Part shown: positions 62,351 through 64,000 of the stretch, piece after piece | Position numbering within the stretch: the stretch's first letter is position 1 | Layout of the letters: each line of letters starts with the position of its first letter | Assembly (NCBI GenBank): GCA_964022095.1 | Contig: CAXHZO010000002.1 | Location: forward strand, 224,001 to 288,000 | Reading direction: 5' to 3' | Source of the DNA: an uncultured Arcobacteraceae bacterium | Lineage (GTDB): Bacteria > Campylobacterota > Campylobacteria > Campylobacterales > Arcobacteraceae | DNA: 64,000 nt | The notes under the pieces: model-generated | Database searches by the model: none | What the model saw: the letters and a program-made list of their open reading frames with translations, nothing else | What the model was told of the DNA's origin: nothing | Made by a program: the position numbers and the translations under genes

Positions 62351-63145
62351 ATGGATGTTAATAGTATAAATAATAATATTAATACTCTCAATAATTCATC
62401 TTCTTTGCAAATTGATAGATCTAATCAGACTAATCAAGTTGGAAAGCAAGATAATAGCGAGCTGAACCTTACTATAAATGAGTATAATAAACAAAGAGAT
62501 GAGCTATCAATTGATGTTCAATCATTAAATGATGGTTTAGCTGTTTCAAAAATATCTCAAAATGCAATTGATAAACAAAAAGAGTACTTAACTAATATAC
62601 AAGATAAACTTTCAAATATTGAAAATTATCAAGATAAAAATGATATAAAGTCTGATATTAACGAGCAGTTAAGAAGTTTTAATCAAATTGCTTATGAAAC
62701 AAAATTTAAAGATCAAAATTTATTAGTAACAAATGAATTTGATGAAAATCCAACAGTTGAAATTAATACAACAAAAGCTAATTATACTATTGAAAAAGCC
62801 AATACTGCACAAATTGCAACGGATATTTTTGAGGCAGTTAATAATTTTGATTTAAATAAAAGTGATAATCTAAATGCAGCTGTTACAAAAGTTGAAAGTT
62901 CATACAATCAATTGCAAAATACTTACGAAGAGTTTACTGAATTAGGTAATGCATTAGAAACAAGTGCCAGAGATACTATTGCTGAACAAAGAAATTTATA
63001 TGATAGCAATGTAGCTAATAAACAAAAAGATTTTGGTAAAGAATCAAGTGATTTTAGTAAATCAAATGTTATTGCAAATGCTGGATATTTAGCTGCTTCT
63101 CAACTAAATATAGTACAAGATCAAACTGTAAGATTATTATCTTAA
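62351..63145 (+). CDS. Short flagellin-like protein
   Basis: N-terminal SLNDGLAV...FNQIAYETKFKDQNLL and C-terminal DFGKESSDFSK...VRLLS flagellin signatures. Confidence 0.8.
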   Translation: MDVNSINNNINTLNNSSSLQIDRSNQTNQVGKQDNSELNLTINEYNKQRDELSIDVQSLNDGLAVSKISQNAIDKQKEYLTNIQDKLSNIENYQDKNDIKSDINEQLRSFNQIAYETKFKDQNLLVTNEFDENPTVEINTTKANYTIEKANTAQIATDIFEAVNNFDLNKSDNLNAAVTKVESSYNQLQNTYEEFTELGNALETSARDTIAEQRNLYDSNVANKQKDFGKESSDFSKSNVIANAGYLAASQLNIVQDQTVRLLS

Positions 63146-64000
63146 TTCTTACAGTTTTCTAAGCAATAATTTATTGCAACACCTTCTCTTAATCCATCAT
63201 CTAAAACTATAGATTCTTTTTTGTTTAGAGCTTCAAATATCATTTGATATATTAAAATACCAACTTCAATAAATTCAACTCTACCTTTTCCAACTAGTTT
63301 CATAACATCTTCATTTGATGCATTTTCAAATATTTTTAAACTGTCATCAATATCATTTAAATCAACTATTGTTCCATTTACTACATCTTTATCATATGAA
63401 AAGAAATCTTGCCCTAGTTTTATTGCTGCAATTGTAGTAGGTGTTCCAGCTGTTGCTACAAAGGTAAAATCATTTAAGTCTATATTTAATGAATTTATAA
63501 AAGAGTTAATATCCTCTTTTTTCTTTTTTAGTTCATTTTTTAAATCATGAGTTTTAAGATATTTTTGAGTTAGTGTAACAATTCCAAAATCAAAACTATT
63601 TGAAATATGTTTTTTATCATCATTAATTATGATTTCAGTAGACCCTCCTCCTATATCTAATAATATAAATTTTGAAGAGTTAATTTTTTCTCTTTTTAAA
63701 GCATATTTAACAGCTAGAAGTGTTAATCTAGCCTCTTCTACTCCATCAATTATATTAAAGTTTATTCCTGTTTGGGTTTTAAAATGTTTTAATACCTCTT
63801 GTGAATTTTTGGCTTTTCTCATGGCAGCTGTTGTAACAGCAACTGCAGTTTGGGGATCAAAGTTAATCTTATCAACAGACTTTTTAACAGCATTTATAAC
63901 TCTTTGTTGAGCTTCTTTTGAAATAAGTCCTGTATCAATAAGTCCATCAGCCATTCCTACAACTTCATTATGTTCAGCAATTATAGTATGGTTTGTGCAG
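63142..64000 (-). CDS. ppx: Ppx/GppA exopolyphosphatase (5' end outside the window)
   Basis: TAAMRKAKN, IDGVEEA, DIGGGSTE, GLREG; the frame stays open to 64000. Confidence 0.9.
   Translation of the reverse strand, partial: CTNHTIIAEHNEVVGMADGLIDTGLISKEAQQRVINAVKKSVDKINFDPQTAVAVTTAAMRKAKNSQEVLKHFKTQTGINFNIIDGVEEARLTLLAVKYALKREKINSSKFILLDIGGGSTEIIINDDKKHISNSFDFGIVTLTQKYLKTHDLKNELKKKKEDINSFINSLNIDLNDFTFVATAGTPTTIAAIKLGQDFFSYDKDVVNGTIVDLNDIDDSLKIFENASNEDVMKLVGKGRVEFIEVGILIYQMIFEALNKKESIVLDDGLREGVAINYCLENCKN

Overview
AT-rich chromosomal window from a Campylobacterota bacterium. Gene content (hobA, xerH, mqnC, GluRS2-yggT-slt-mobB-fbp-metG order, purD-linked 6S RNA, oadGAB) points to Arcobacteraceae, possibly a marine member; this is inference. 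It is mostly housekeeping DNA: hemB, ribA, rsmG, glyS, three tRNAs, ribB, oadGAB-pckA, metG, fbp, bamA, tyrA, folP, lysC, hemW, prmC, a cheY-A-R-D-B cluster, pnp, lptD, purD, der, hpf, ftsK, lpxD, ilvIH and ppx. A difH-like site directly upstream of xerH (about 39.3 kb) suggests the window spans the replication terminus. The most interesting items are: (1) at the left edge, a candidate microcin-like cassette (Sec signal + double-glycine-like leader + glycine-zipper core, a small membrane immunity candidate and a probable outer-membrane protein), whose precursor needs two 1-nt homopolymer repairs and lies downstream of a Fur-box-like palindrome; (2) a full-length GluRS2 orthologue with HIGH, RGEDH and KMSKR motifs all degenerate; (3) a solitary CI/LexA-like S24 repressor with candidate operators in its own promoter; (4) a CheA with acidic FGFFDD repeats where P2 would be; (5) a probable non-canonical ATA start for ftsK. 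No CRISPR array, IS element or prophage was seen. All family assignments come from motif recognition, not from database searches.
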